A stretch of DNA of 64,000 nucleotides from Mantamonas sphyraenae STR306 (taxonomy: Eukaryota; Protista; CRuMs). Below the pieces are notes generated by a model, which saw nothing but the letters and a program-made list of their open reading frames with translations, did not search any database and was not told the DNA's origin. This document shows, one piece after another, positions 1 to 12,800 of this stretch; position 1 is the first letter of the stretch; each line of letters opens with the position of its first letter. The stretch is taken from the NCBI GenBank assembly GCA_026936335.1, contig JAPMXV010000061.1:248001-312000 (forward strand), in the 5' to 3' direction. Made by a program: the position numbers and the translations under genes.

Positions 1-2983
1 ATCAAGCCGAGCAATCAGAACGGCGCAAACGTGGCATACAGCATCACGCTGTGGGTGAACCCCATGCAAATGCACATGCGCCACAAGCTGTCGTCGTCGT
101 CGCGAATTGTATTTGCACGTGTGGACGAGAAACACTTCCGCGCCAAGTTTCTCGTTTCGTCCGTTCACACAAGCTCCGAGATGCGCAGGCTGTGCTTCTT
201 TGTGGACGTCGTCGACCCCAACGGCGACAAACTGAAGGAAATGGTAAAGGCCGAGGTGCCTGTGGACAAGTGGTCGCACATCGCCCTGGTGGTGTCGGGC
301 AACGACGTGGCCATGTACGTGGACGGTTCTTTGGAAACCACGGGCCAGGTGTCCTCTGGCAGCGTGGCCCACCCCACGGCACATGACAGCATGTATCTGG
401 GCGCGCTGCCGTCGAGCCATAGCGATGTGTTGGCTGAGTACAACATGCAGGAGTCCTTCCGTGGCTTTGTGGCCGACATGCGCTATCACACGCGAGCTTT
501 GGACGCACAGCTCATCCGCTCGCTCATGGAAACGTCGCCAGAAACACAGACTGCCAACGACACGTGCCACCAGCTCCTGTCACTGCTGGTCTCGATCAGC
601 AGGTCGCCCACAGTGATGGATCTGCTGGCAACACCGGCCAACGTCCGCCTGCTGCTGGATGAGCTGGAAAACGGCAACGCCAAGCGTGCAGTACGAGGCA
701 TTGAACCTACTGCGTCAGATCCTGCTCACATGAAGCCGCAGGAGGACGTGCAGGGCGTGGGCAACATGGCCGACTTGCTGCTGGACATGATTGCCGAGCG
801 CAGCGTGGGGCTTGCCTCCAACCCGTTTGTGGACGACCACATGCATGCGCAGGCCAAGAGTGTTTTGGGCCTGCGTGCGCATCTGGTCAGCGTTGCCCAG
901 GATCTGCTCGGGAACGAGCGATGGATGCCTGTCATGCTGGAGAGTCTGCGCCAGCGCCTGGGCCTGGCCACAGACGTTGTGAGCCTTCTCAATGCACGCC
1001 GAGCCGAGAGCGAGGCTGAAGCCGAGGCCAGCGCCCTGAAAATGTCGGCTGGTTTGCTGAAAGCAGAGCGGCCGATGGAGGCTGGCGACGTGCGACGCAT
1101 CGGAGCTGTGCTTGCCGCATTGAGCGTCATGGGCGGTCAGGAGGAGGTGCTGCGCATGGGTGCCAAGGTGCGACAAAACGAACGTGTGGGAGTGGTGGAG
1201 GAGTACTCACCGCTTGGCCTTGTTGCAGGGGTACACTGGGCGGGCGATGCACGCACCCTGCACTACGAGCAGCTGCAGGTGTTGCAAGTGGTACAGCCGC
1301 AGCTCGATGACGTTTGTGTGTCTGTGTTTGAGCAGGTGAAGGACACGTTGCAACCGCTGTTGACCAGCGTTCTCTCCAGCGAGTTTCAGACCTCGCAGGT
1401 TGACAAAAAGTACGCCCTGCAGCTGAGCAGTAGCAGAAGCCGAGGCGGAAACACAGCATTCAGCATGCTTAGCTCCTTGAAACGAGACGCAGAGGCTGCT
1501 GCTGCCTTGACCGCAGCCAACAATGGAGAGAGTGGCGCCAAACAGGGCGACGACAAGCAGGAAAGCAGCAGCAGCAGCAAGGCGGTGCAGGTCGTGTGCG
1601 AGTCGACACTCCTCCGCGAGATCCAGCTGTGTGTACTGCGTGCTCTGGAGCGGTGGGTGGAGCAAGAGTCGGTGGTCAGTTGGCTGGTGGACACCGGCCT
1701 GTTTGGCCAAGTCTGCAGCCTGGGTCTGCATCCGACGTCGAGCGACAGCAGCGACGCATCGGAATTCCACACCCTGCGAGTGCAACGCACGTGCGGCAGT
1801 ACCTGCCAAGCAGTTCTCCTGAGCAGAGTGCAGCACCAGCTGCGCGAGCGCAAGTATGGCGAGGCGATCGGAACGCAGCTTTCGGTGTCAAGGAGCACAG
1901 AGGCAGAGGAAGACACCGTCGATGCCCAGCAACTTGCAGCTCAGGACGACATGGTCCAAGAATTGGTCTCGCTTACGGGATTCGAGCCGTCGTGGGCACG
2001 CAAGGCTCTCGAACAATGCAACTGGAGCCTGACAACAGCCGTGAACTGGGCTTTTGACAACCAGGACACCCTGGCTCAGATGATGCTTGGAGACGAGTCT
2101 CCGTCATCGTCTCCGGTTGCCAGTGAGTTTGTGAGTGCCGGAAGCACGGGTGGCATGTCGCTTGGGCTTGCAGTGGTGCCCAACTCTGGAAACGCTGGCG
2201 GAGGCTTTCCGCCGCCGCCTCCTGTTGCTGGAACCTCCCAACAGGCGGGAGGCCACCAACATGGGCACCACCACCACCATCATCACCACGGCCACCATCA
2301 TGGACACCACCACGGACACAACCACGGCCTGGAAGACATGGTGCAGGTGGGTCCCGTCGTCGACCAGGAGCTGCAGGCGCAACAAGCACAGATGGAAGCC
2401 CAAGAGGCAGTGTTGGAGGCTAGTCTGCAAGGCATGCTTGGTGGATCGGCGGTACACGACGCGCTGGAGGATATGGACGCCGAACCGGAAGGGGACGACC
2501 ATGAACAGATGGAGAGCATGCTGACAGAGGGAGGCTCCGAAGCACTGGCCAGCGCTTCCGCCATGGAGCTTGCCATGGAGACCGGTTTTCCCGCAGCCAT
2601 GTGTCAGGCTGCGCTGATGGCGACTGGAGGCGATCGCCATAGCGCCTTCCTGTACCTATCGGAACACTTTGAGGAGATGGCAGACGAGATGGAGTTTGAC
2701 GTGAGTGAGGAGGAACAGCCTGCGGACTTGTCAGAGCTGCTCGTGGCCATGGCCGAAGAGATGGGCCACGAGGTGACCGAGGAGCAGTTGGGAGCCATGC
2801 ACGGCGCCATCTCAAGTATGGGCTCGTGGGAAGACGGCGACTTTGAAGAGGACCTGTACGACGACGAACGCATCGTGTTGCGCATGCCTGAGTCCGCAAG
2901 CAACTCGGTGGGTTCGCGCATCAACAGCCTGGAGCGCATGTTGAGCCGCTCGCGTGGAAGCTTGGATGATACAAGCGAAGAGG

Positions 2984-3020
<37 letters not shown>

Positions 3021-6000
3021 AGAAGCCAAGCGCAGTGTTTTGGCAACCGGGTTCTTTGCGGGATCGGCAGGAGCCGGCCCACGCCACCACTATGGCTTTG
3101 GTGGAGGCCTGGGTGGTTACGGCGGCGGCGGCGGCGGAGGCTATGGCTACGGATACACCCAGCGTACGAGCGACTATTACGGCGGCGGAGAGTCGCGGTT
3201 CAGTCGCAAGGGGTTCCATCACCACGAGAAACGTGGCTCGCGACGCCATGCGCCTCGACGCCTGGGCCTGAATGTGTGTTCGGAGAGCGAGCTGCGCTTG
3301 TTGTCCGACATGGAGCTTGTGGAGCGTCTGCACACACACCAAAGCGTGTGCGGAATTCTGCTGGCCAGGCTGATTTCGGTCAAGGGGTTGGCTGCGCTGT
3401 CCAAGAGCGAGGGGAACAACGTCGACATCCTGGGCCTGATTGAACCGACCCAAATGGCCGATCTCATGAAGATGAGTGTCATGCGTGGACGGCAGTACGA
3501 CGACGCAGACACGCAAAGCATCTTTGACAACCTGCTCACGGGTGTGTTTGACCTGTCCCTGAGCAGCGAGACCTCCCTTACGCGCCTGGTCACCCTCTTG
3601 GTCGGCTGGAGTGTGTCGCAGCTGCGCCAGAGTGCAACCACGGCCTATGAGGATGTCGAGTGGGGCACGCGTACCCTGCGACGCAACGACGTCCAAGTGC
3701 TCGAGGAGCCCAACGTCGAACTCGTCACGCACGTGCTCATGCTGCTGCTTAGCAAGGAGCCGTCGGCACGTGTGCTCCTCAACAAGAACGAGAACAGCAA
3801 GATGCCTCGTCTTGCCCAGATGCTGCACAATGGTCTGACTCAGGCGCTCAAAACAAAGAACGCCACCCTCAAAGACAAGACCTTCCAGCTTCTGCGCCGT
3901 TTGTTGCTTGTGCTCGAGCGTGACCAAGAGGCCATGCGTGACTGCCTGGCCAACTTTCCTCTGCGCAAGCTCATGCGCCTTGCAGAGACTCGCTACGCAA
4001 AGGAGCGCATCAGTGGCGAGCGCTGCTCCACGTACCTTCAGTCCCTCCTCGAAACTGTGCTCTCTGTGCACAACATGGTCCAAGAGAGTGATCTGACAGT
4101 GGACGAGGATCACGCCTCGTCGTCGTCGTCGTCGTCATCGTCGTCGTCGTCGTCGTCGTCCTCATCTTCTGCATCCTCATCCACATCCGGCGAGAACGAA
4201 AGCGAAACATCGTCGTCGTCATCGTCGTCATCCTCAGCGTCGTCGTCAGACAAGGGCAAGCAAAAGGTGAACCGAGTGAAGGAGCAAGAAAAGGGCAAGG
4301 AGCTCATGTACAGCAGCCACAAAATCAGTCCGAACCTTCAGCTGTCGCTGAACAGCCTGCAGGCTGTGTGTTCTGCCACGACGTGGAGCATGGCCATGGG
4401 CAACCTGGAGTTTTCCAGTGGTGTTCACTACTGGGAGGTGCGCATCAACCAAACTGCATGGGGATCGTCTGCGGTGGGCTTTGTGGCGCCGAAGCTGTTT
4501 GACTCGGGCACGCTGTGTGGCATGTCCTTTGTCAACTTCCGTTGCCTGAGCTTCAACGGACGCGAAAAGTACTATGGCGAGCATTTCCAGCAGGGGGATG
4601 TGGTGGGAGTGCTGCTGAACCTGGACGAAGGCACGGCGGCGTTCTTCCGCAACGGCAAGAACCTGGGACCTGCGTTTACCAAGCTCAGCGGCACCTTTGT
4701 GCCCATGGTGGGCATGAACCAGGCGGGCAACAGCACCTCCTTCCTGAAGCCGCACCTGGACCTGCCGGGCGTGTCCAGCAAGGAGCGCCTGCAAGAACTT
4801 GGTGTGGTGATGCACACGCTGGCGGCGCTGTGCAACCGCACTGCGGTGGGTGTGGCCATGCTGGAGCGCAGCCATGCTGCGTTGGAAGTGTGGCGCACCG
4901 ACCGCTTGCGACGCGTGGTGACGCGTCCAGGGATGGAGGTGGAGATGGATGTGACCGAAGAGGCGTGTGCCGAGTTGGGCGACATGCGTCCTGGCGATCG
5001 CATCAGCACGACCGACGACGCAGACGCCATTGTGGCCGGCGTGTACAATGGTCAGCTGTGGGTGGAGCCCATGAACGAAGAGAACAACGGCGCATGGTAC
5101 TTTGACCGCGCAGAGATGGAGCGCAAGAAGGACGAGTTCCAGATTGTGAACCAGGCCGGACGCGCGCGCATTGTGGTGAAGCCGTGTGACGAAGAGGTGG
5201 ACATGGAAAGCATGACAGCTGCCAATGCGCCTGAGGTGTGGAGTGCGGAGATGGATGTGGCGGTGGTGCAGATGTGGAATGCGGTGGCTGAAAAGGATCG
5301 CACAAATCCGTTCAACGTCTCTCTGACGCGCTTGTTGGACGAAGCACACGAGCACGAGAAACTCAAGGATGTGGAGAGCAGTGTGCTCATCAGCCGCATG
5401 GCTGTGTTGCGCACGCTGAACGACAGGCTGTTGTCGCTGATTGCGCTGATCAACCTGGGCGACCTCGAAGAAGGCAGCAGCGGCTGGCATCTGTTTACCG
5501 TGCGTGCCCTTGTCTTCCACGAAGTCAAGCGACGCTTCTGGAACCGCATGCTGGAAATGACCACTGTGGCTGTGCAGAGCGCAGAGGACGAGTACGCAAC
5601 TCCTCCTGATCTCGTGCAAATCACCCTCAACCGCAAGGTGGCATCGCGAGCGACAACTGCGCAGGAAACCCTGTTTGGACAGGCCTTCCGCAGGCTGGAA
5701 ACCAGCTCGCCACGCAGCTTCAAGCACGCGTACGTGGGCATCCTGGACGCACGGCAGAAGCGCACCTTTACTGTCAAGTTTGAAGGCGAAGGCGTGATCG
5801 ACAACGGAGGACCCTACCGCGAGGTTTTTGCGGAGTTTTGCAGCGAGTTGCAGCAGGGCGACGTGCTGACGCTGCTCAAGCCCTGTCCGAACGCAGAGGG
5901 AGGAGTGGGTCTGAATCGCGAGAAGTATGTGCTGAATCCGAACAGCAAGACTCCAGAGGACCTGGAACACCTGCGTTTCCTCGGCCGTCTGATGGGCGTG

Positions 6001-6789
6001 GCCATGCGATGCGGTATCCTGCTCAGCATGGATCTGCCCTCGCTTGTGTGGAAGCCGCTTGTGGGCGAGGAGGTGGGCATGGCCGACCTGGCGGCGGTGG
6101 ACGCGTCGTTTGCGGGCGTGGTCAATCACATTGTGGAGGCCAGCGCAGAGATGTTTGAAGATGCCATCGACCAGGTGTTTGTGTCCACGTCGGGTGAGGA
6201 GCTGGTGCCCGGAGGCGCCGAGAAGCGCGTCACCTTTGAGAACCGAAAAGAGTACGTGGATCTGCTGGTGCATGCGCGACTGCACGAAACCGACGCACAG
6301 GTGGAAGCGCTGAAGCTGGGCCTGGGCGAGGTCGTGCCGCTGGAGCAGCTGAAGGTGTGCACGTGGAGCGAGCTCGAGCTCCTTGTCTGCGGACGAGCAG
6401 ACGTGGACGTGCAGCTTCTGCGCGAGTACACCGAGTACGAGGGCATTAGCGAGAGCGAGGAGCATGTGGACCTCTTCTGGCAGGCACTAGAGTCGTTCAA
6501 CGCCGACGAGCGCAGCCAGTTCCTGCGGTTCTGCTGGGCCCGAAGCAGGCTGCCCATGACCGGCGCAGACTTTAACATGAACTTCAAGCTACAGGCGCCG
6601 CCCGTGCAGGCGCAGGACAAGCCGGACGATTACCTGCCCACCGCACACACCTGTTTCTTCAGTCTGGCCCTTCCAAAGTATTCCTCGTTGGAGATCATGC
6701 AAGACAAGCTGCGGTACGCAATGAGCAACTGCGAGGAGATGGACGCGGACTTGCGTTTGGGTGAGGGAGACATGCGTGGATGGGGATGA
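1..6789 (+). CDS. Giant HECT E3 ubiquitin ligase, 5'-truncated (LamG/ConA-like - UBA - UBA - SPRY - HECT)
   Basis: Frame is open from base 1 to TGA at 6787-6789. C-terminal HECT motifs: VKFEGEGVIDNGGPYRE, FLRFCWARSRLP, catalytic LPTAHTCFFSLALPKY. SPRY: GVHYWEVRI...GDVVGVLLNLDEGTAAFFRNGKNLGPAF. Two UBA-like segments (TGFEPSWARKALEQCNWSLTTAVNW; TGFPAAMCQAALMATGGD). N-terminal LamG-like segment (WSHIALV...MYVDG...FRGFVADMRYHTRAL). His, Gln and Ser tracts. Confidence 0.93.
2985..3020 (+). repeat. (CAG/CAA)n coding microsatellite, poly-Gln
   Basis: Direct sequence; encodes about 12 Gln in the first HECT gene. Confidence 0.9.
4116..4248 (+). repeat. (TCG)n-rich coding microsatellites, poly-Ser
   Basis: Direct sequence; two Ser tracts upstream of the SPRY domain. 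Confidence 0.9.
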
Positions 6790-6882
6790 TGGAGAGAGAA
6801 GCGGTTGTGCGTGTGTGCGTGTGTGTGTTTGGGAGGCAAAGACACGAACGGCATGAATCTGATGCTTCTTCTTTCATTAATC

Positions 6883-9800
6883 TCAATCGTTGTCGATGGC
6901 CGTGCAGTTCTCGATGGCATACTTCAACTTGTCGCGCAGGGTCTCGTACGAAGTGTAGCGCGGCAGGTCGACCTGGAAGGAGCAGGTATGGGCGAGGGGC
7001 AAGGGGCTGGACGAGCTGTAGCTGCTGTACATGGTGCTGACCGTCATGGTGCTCCTCATATCGCTTGCATGCGGCAGTCGCGAGCGGCCCCACACAAAGC
7101 GGAGGAAGTTCTGCCTGTCGCGAGGCGTGTACGAGCGCAGGGCCTGCCAGAACCATTGGACAATTTCGTCTTTCTCCGAATAGCCACTGTACGACGTGTG
7201 CTTCTTCAGCAGGTCGATGTCCACGTCGGCCACGCCACACACGCGGTGTTCCACATCGTGCCACGTAAACAGCTTGAGCAGTTTCACAGGCACAATGGTG
7301 GCCAGGCCGTCGCGGATGGCCTTGACTTGCGGTGCAAACTCACTCAGGCGGTAGTTTTCCACAAGCTCCAGGTATTCGAAGCGGTTATCAAACGTCACCG
7401 GGATGCTCTTGCCTCCTTCAATCAGTTCCACCTCCTCGCCGGCGCTGTTCAGCGTTGTGAAGCGTTCGTCAATCACCGAACCAAACACCTCTGCCGTCAC
7501 TCCCTCCTGGTCGATGTTGCGAATGCTGTCGTTGACCTGCACACACATCTCATCGATGGCCTCCAGGTCGCTGCGCGCCACCGGGTACTGCACGAGCATC
7601 TTCCAAAACATGGCCGCAAGGTTAAACTCGAGCGTGTGGTTTTGGCGCAGACCCACACCCATCAGCTTGCCAATGAAGTTGTACATCTGCATGTGCAGCG
7701 CACTCTTCAGCGTCGGGTTGGGAATGAACTTGTCGCGGTTTGCGCCGTGCTCCTGCTTGTGGTTTGGCACGGGGATGAGAAGATGCATGTGTTTCATGTG
7801 CAGCTCCAGCACCATCTGCGTGAATGTTTCGCGGAACGGCCCTCCTGCGTCGATGGACGACTCGTTCTGAAAGTCCACGTGCCACACTTGTGTGCCCTGC
7901 GGCATGCGCAGCTTGCGTGCAGGCTGGTGGTTCAGGTTCTTGAAGATCTGCCCAAACACACTGGAGCGCAACACCTCGTCGCTGGGTTCGCTGTCCAGCA
8001 GCTTGGCTGCCTGGTGTCGATTGATGGTGAAGCTGCAGTAGTCTGTGGATCCCTGCGTACGGCGAAGGCCGTCGCGCCAAAGCTCCATCTTGGGCTCAGG
8101 GAAGACCAGGCCTCGCGCAAGGCTGACCCCGTGTGCCATGGTGTTGCGTCGCTCCATGGCCCCGAGGTCGATCAGCGGCAGGAATGCCTCCATCTTTTGG
8201 TTGAACTTTTGCAGGAGCAGCACGCGACGCTGGAGCTTGGAGCGCTCGAGTTGGTCGTCGCGGATGGCTCGGTACGGTTTGAGTTCCTCCTCGGTGGGCT
8301 CAAACTGATGCCACTCGATCTTGAGCGGCTCCTCGCCGCGCTTTTCGCAGTACTGCACCAGACACTCCACCAACTGCTCATCCATGAGCGTGGTGAAGGC
8401 ACGGCACTCTTCGCCAAACTGATCCAGCTGCTCCTTCATCTCGCCCTGTGCCAGGCGCGCCACACCCTGCGGCGTGTACTCCTCCACAGACACGCTCATC
8501 TCAAATCCCCATTGGGTCTGCTTGCCCGACGACTCGCGGTCACGCTGCTTGGAGCCAGCGCTGCGGAACGTCACGCTGTCGGCCGCGCTGTACAGCGAGA
8601 CGCCTGCGTACAGCTCCTTGCCATCAAACTCGCCACTGTACGCCACGCCATACATGGTTTCGTTGATGCCAAACGACAGCTGATTCTTGGAGCGATCAAG
8701 GACGATCTTGACCGTGTCGCCTTGGCGGTAACGTGTGCCGTACCCGCTGTTGCTGCCGTTGTGGTAGGTGCTTGACGAAGCGCCGTAGAACGACCATCCG
8801 CCGGCGGTGCTGTCTTGGCCGATGTACTTGGACAGGACCTGGGTGCCCTCGCACACGCCAATCATGATGTACGTGTTGCTGGTGGCCTGATTGATGTCGA
8901 CTTCCCACTCGACGACGCCAGCCATTGGCAGTGCGTGCTTGCTCAGCACGGTGCGCCACACACAGTCGTTGCTGGTGTTGGCCGTCACCGTCATGTCGTT
9001 GTTGGTCAAGTCCATGTACTGGTACATGCGCGACTTGTCCAGCACAATCATGGGGGCGGCTGGGAAGGTCACGTAGAAGCGGCCACGCGGGATGTGCAGC
9101 ACCGTGTCTTCCTTGGATGCCTCTGTGGCCGAGTAGAACGCAAGCAGATCGGAGCCGTCTTCGTCGCCCGTAATCATCAGGCAGTCGCCTTCGCCAAACT
9201 CGGTGCGCTTGTCCAGGGTCACGCGCAGCTTGGTGGCCTCGGGCACGTCCACCAACGTGGTGGTTTGCTTGCGTGGGTACGGGTGCGCACTGCTCAGCGT
9301 CTCCTTGACATGTTTGCTGTCCGAGCCGTCGATGTAGAGCAGGCACGACGCAAGGAATGCCAGCGGGAGGCGTCCCTGCGTGTTGAGAGCCTGCAGCACT
9401 TGGGCTGTGGTGACCACATCGGTGAACCACACATTCTCAGGCTTGGCAAGCAGAGCACGTGAACGCGCATCCAGGGTCTTTGTAGCTGCCTCGTCGGCTG
9501 TGGGCTGCATGGCCACCATGAGTTCGACCAGCACCTGCAAGGCTGTGGCCGGCAGCTCCTTGGCAGACTCCTTGTACGCGTTGTACATGCGGAACATTTG
9601 CTTGCGCAGGCGGAAGATGCCGTCGAACGACAGCTGCATGTTGCGTGCCTTTTGCAGCACCATGGCCAACAGGCGCATCACGTACATGGCTTCTGGTCCG
9701 CTGCCTCCCGTGTCACTCAAGAACGGAAACAGGCAAGGCACGAGGTGAGCCAAGTCGTGCGACGCGAGCTCCACCGTGCAAGCCTTGTCAAACAGGAGCT

Positions 9801-12800
9801 CCACAATCCAGGCGCCCAGTTGTGCGTTGGGCTTGTGCACGGCGTCGCGTTCGTTGTTGATGTCCAGGGACACCTTGCGCACCACCTCGTCGTCTTCGGA
9901 AACGCTCGCGTAGCCAGCCACTTCGGCTTGCAGCTGGAACGCGTGGCGGCTGCGTACAAACTGGCTCATGGCGTCGACCATCAACACGTGTGCGAGCTCC
10001 TTCGCCGCTCCCTGTTCCTGCTCGCTCGACTCGGCCTCGGGCGACAGAATGTGCAGCATCTGGTCGCGCAGCACCTGCAGAGTGCTGCGGTGCTTCAGCA
10101 GAGCACGTGCATTGGCCGCGTTCGCACCCTGGGCTTGCAGGTCGGTATGTGCGCCTGCCGTCAGCTTCAGTACCTGTGAAAGCACCGCGGCTCCGCCCAG
10201 GTCGTCCAAGCGCATCGGTTGTACCTTGACGGGCCAATGCTTGAGCACAGACACGTACATGTTGCGTGCATACAGCCTGCTCAGCGCTTGGCGCGTGAAA
10301 AGGAACTGCGAATTGACGAGAGTCACGCGCGCGCCTGCGTCGCTGCCTGTCTGGAAACGTGCGGCAATCGAATCCTTTGTCACCTTGACGTCTGCGTCCT
10401 TGGCCTTTGTGTCCGCATCGCTGTCGTCCACAGAGTCCTTCACATCGAACGCAGGGTTCGTGCCACCCGCAATCGACAGCACGTCCTCTTCGTTGTCGTC
10501 ATCACCATCGTCGTTGCCACCCTCAGCCTCAGCCGCCTCTGCGGTTCCGGAGGAAGAAGAGGAAGAGGAGGATGACGAGGAAGAAGAAGCCGCAGCTTCG
10601 CTTGCATCCACCTTGGCTTTGCCTTTGTCGTTGGTCTCGTCGGCGGAGCCGATGCTGTCGGATTGGCTGGCCGCAACAACTTGGGCCAACTGCGCATCGG
10701 TGAGGTCGCCTTGGTCGTGGCTGGAGTCTGCCTCGTGCTGAGTGATCCACTCGAGGGCTGCGCGGATATCCAGGTTTCCGGATGTATCTGTGCTCAGCTG
10801 CAGTCCCTGTGTGCTGAGGGCACGGTCGAAGCCGAGCTCCACCAGCTCGTCCACACGGTGTTGCATCTCAAGCTCGGCGTCACCGTAGGTGGCGGCTGCG
10901 CTCGTGCCTCCGCCGGGGCCACGGTAGTTGCGGAAGACGACAATGTCGTTGTACGTGTACAGCGACACACCGATGTGCACGCTTTTGCCCTTAAGGTCGT
11001 AAAAAGCGGTGCCCTGGTCAACACCATTGATGGCAAACGCCAGCGTGCCCTCGTCCAGGTCCAGGGTCACCAGCACGACGTCGCCCGTGTGCAGGTATTC
11101 GCCATACGACGTCGAACTGCCGTTGTGATACGTGTAGTGGTTGGCATAGAAGCTCCAGCCGGGGTAGGTGCTGCTTTGGCCAATGTAGCTGCGTGTGTCG
11201 TGGTTGTCTTCACACACGCCAATCATGATGTTGCACGACTGGCACGCCTCCATGTACACCTCCCACGAGTGGCGGCCGCTGGAAAAGGCGCGGTCTGTGT
11301 AAACCGTGTTCCACACACTGCTGTCGGTGCTGACGACACGGGTGCCCTGTTCCGACAGGGTCAGGCCGGAGCCCTTGCGCGAGCTCTCGGAGCTCATCTT
11401 GAGACGGCGCGACGCGCCTGCACGTTCGCCCTCCCACTTCATGTCTGTGCGCGTGTAGTGCTTCCACAGCGAATTGGCGTGTGCCTCTGCGTCTTCGCCC
11501 ACATACATCGTCTGGCCGTGGTACTCTTGGATGGAGTAGTCGTACACGAGGTCGCCCATGCCTTCGTTGAACCTCCAGCACGCCAGCAGGTTGGCCTCTG
11601 TGCCCTGGATTGGGGCACGTGCGCGAGCACGCACCTCGTCCACATCAAAGCTCGTGCTCCACACGCGCACCTCATCCACCACTCCCACGAAACAGTCTTG
11701 CGCCGTGTACTTCTTCACACGCTTCTTCTTGCGTGCCTGCTTCTCGGCGACCTTTTTCTTGGGCCTGCTCGCAAGCAGCGTTTCGCGCTCGGCCTCGACG
11801 CCGCCGCTGAACAGCCAGTTGATGCGCTGTTCCATTTCTGCCTCTGAGTTGCCGGTGAACTTGAGCATGGCCAGACCCACCTGTTCCGAGTCAAAGCCCA
11901 TGGCCAACAGCTGCTGTGCACTCGGGTCGTCCTTGTCAAACAGTTGCTCCTCCTCTGCCTCTGCCTGCTTGCGCCGCTCCTCCTCCTCGCGCAGCTGCGC
12001 GAGTTCCTCCTCACTCAGCTCTTCCTTCTTGGGCAGCAGGCGTCCACCCACCATCCATGCGTCGTTGTCCAGGTCTGCGTTGTAGCGGCGGCCCGTCTCC
12101 TGCGCAACCACCTTGCCGTTGTGCAGCAGGAACCACTGGTCGCTGTTGAAACACAGGCACAGGTACGTCCACGCGCCCACGTCACTGCTAGGAACATCGT
12201 GCGAAAGCAGGCACATCTTGACTCCGTCGGTGTCGTGGCGCACGCTGCCTCCCTGGTACTGACCGCCCTCGATGCGCAAAAACACCTCGTTGTCCTCGCC
12301 GTTGCCGTGGCTGATGATGTACTGAGTGCTGCCTTCTGCAGGTGCGCTCTCCAGCTTGATCCACGCCTCGATCGCCACGCGTCCGCTGAAGCGCAGCAGG
12401 CGAGGCGACTCCATGTCCACAGCCAGGTTGCCGTCAAAGCGCATGCCCAGTCCTCCGCGGTATCTGCGCAGCTGGAACTTAAGCCTCTTGGAGTCTGCCT
12501 CTGTGCTCGCCGTGCCCTGGATCCATTCGCCGTCCTCGTTGAGGGAGCCCGTGTACGTTGTGGGCAACACCCAGTCCTTGTTCTTGCCGTCTGCCAACTT
12601 TTCTTCCACAAAGCGCAAGTTGCGCTCGTTGTCAATGGTGCCGCGGACCACAGTGGTCACCCTGTATGTGGGCCACTGGAGCACACCCGTAAACACCTCG
12701 TCGCGCACGTTCTCAACCACCAGCATCATGGGCATCTGCACGCCGCGTGATTCAAACTGTCCGCGGAAGTGCATGCCCTGGCGCAGCGGGTTGGTTGTGC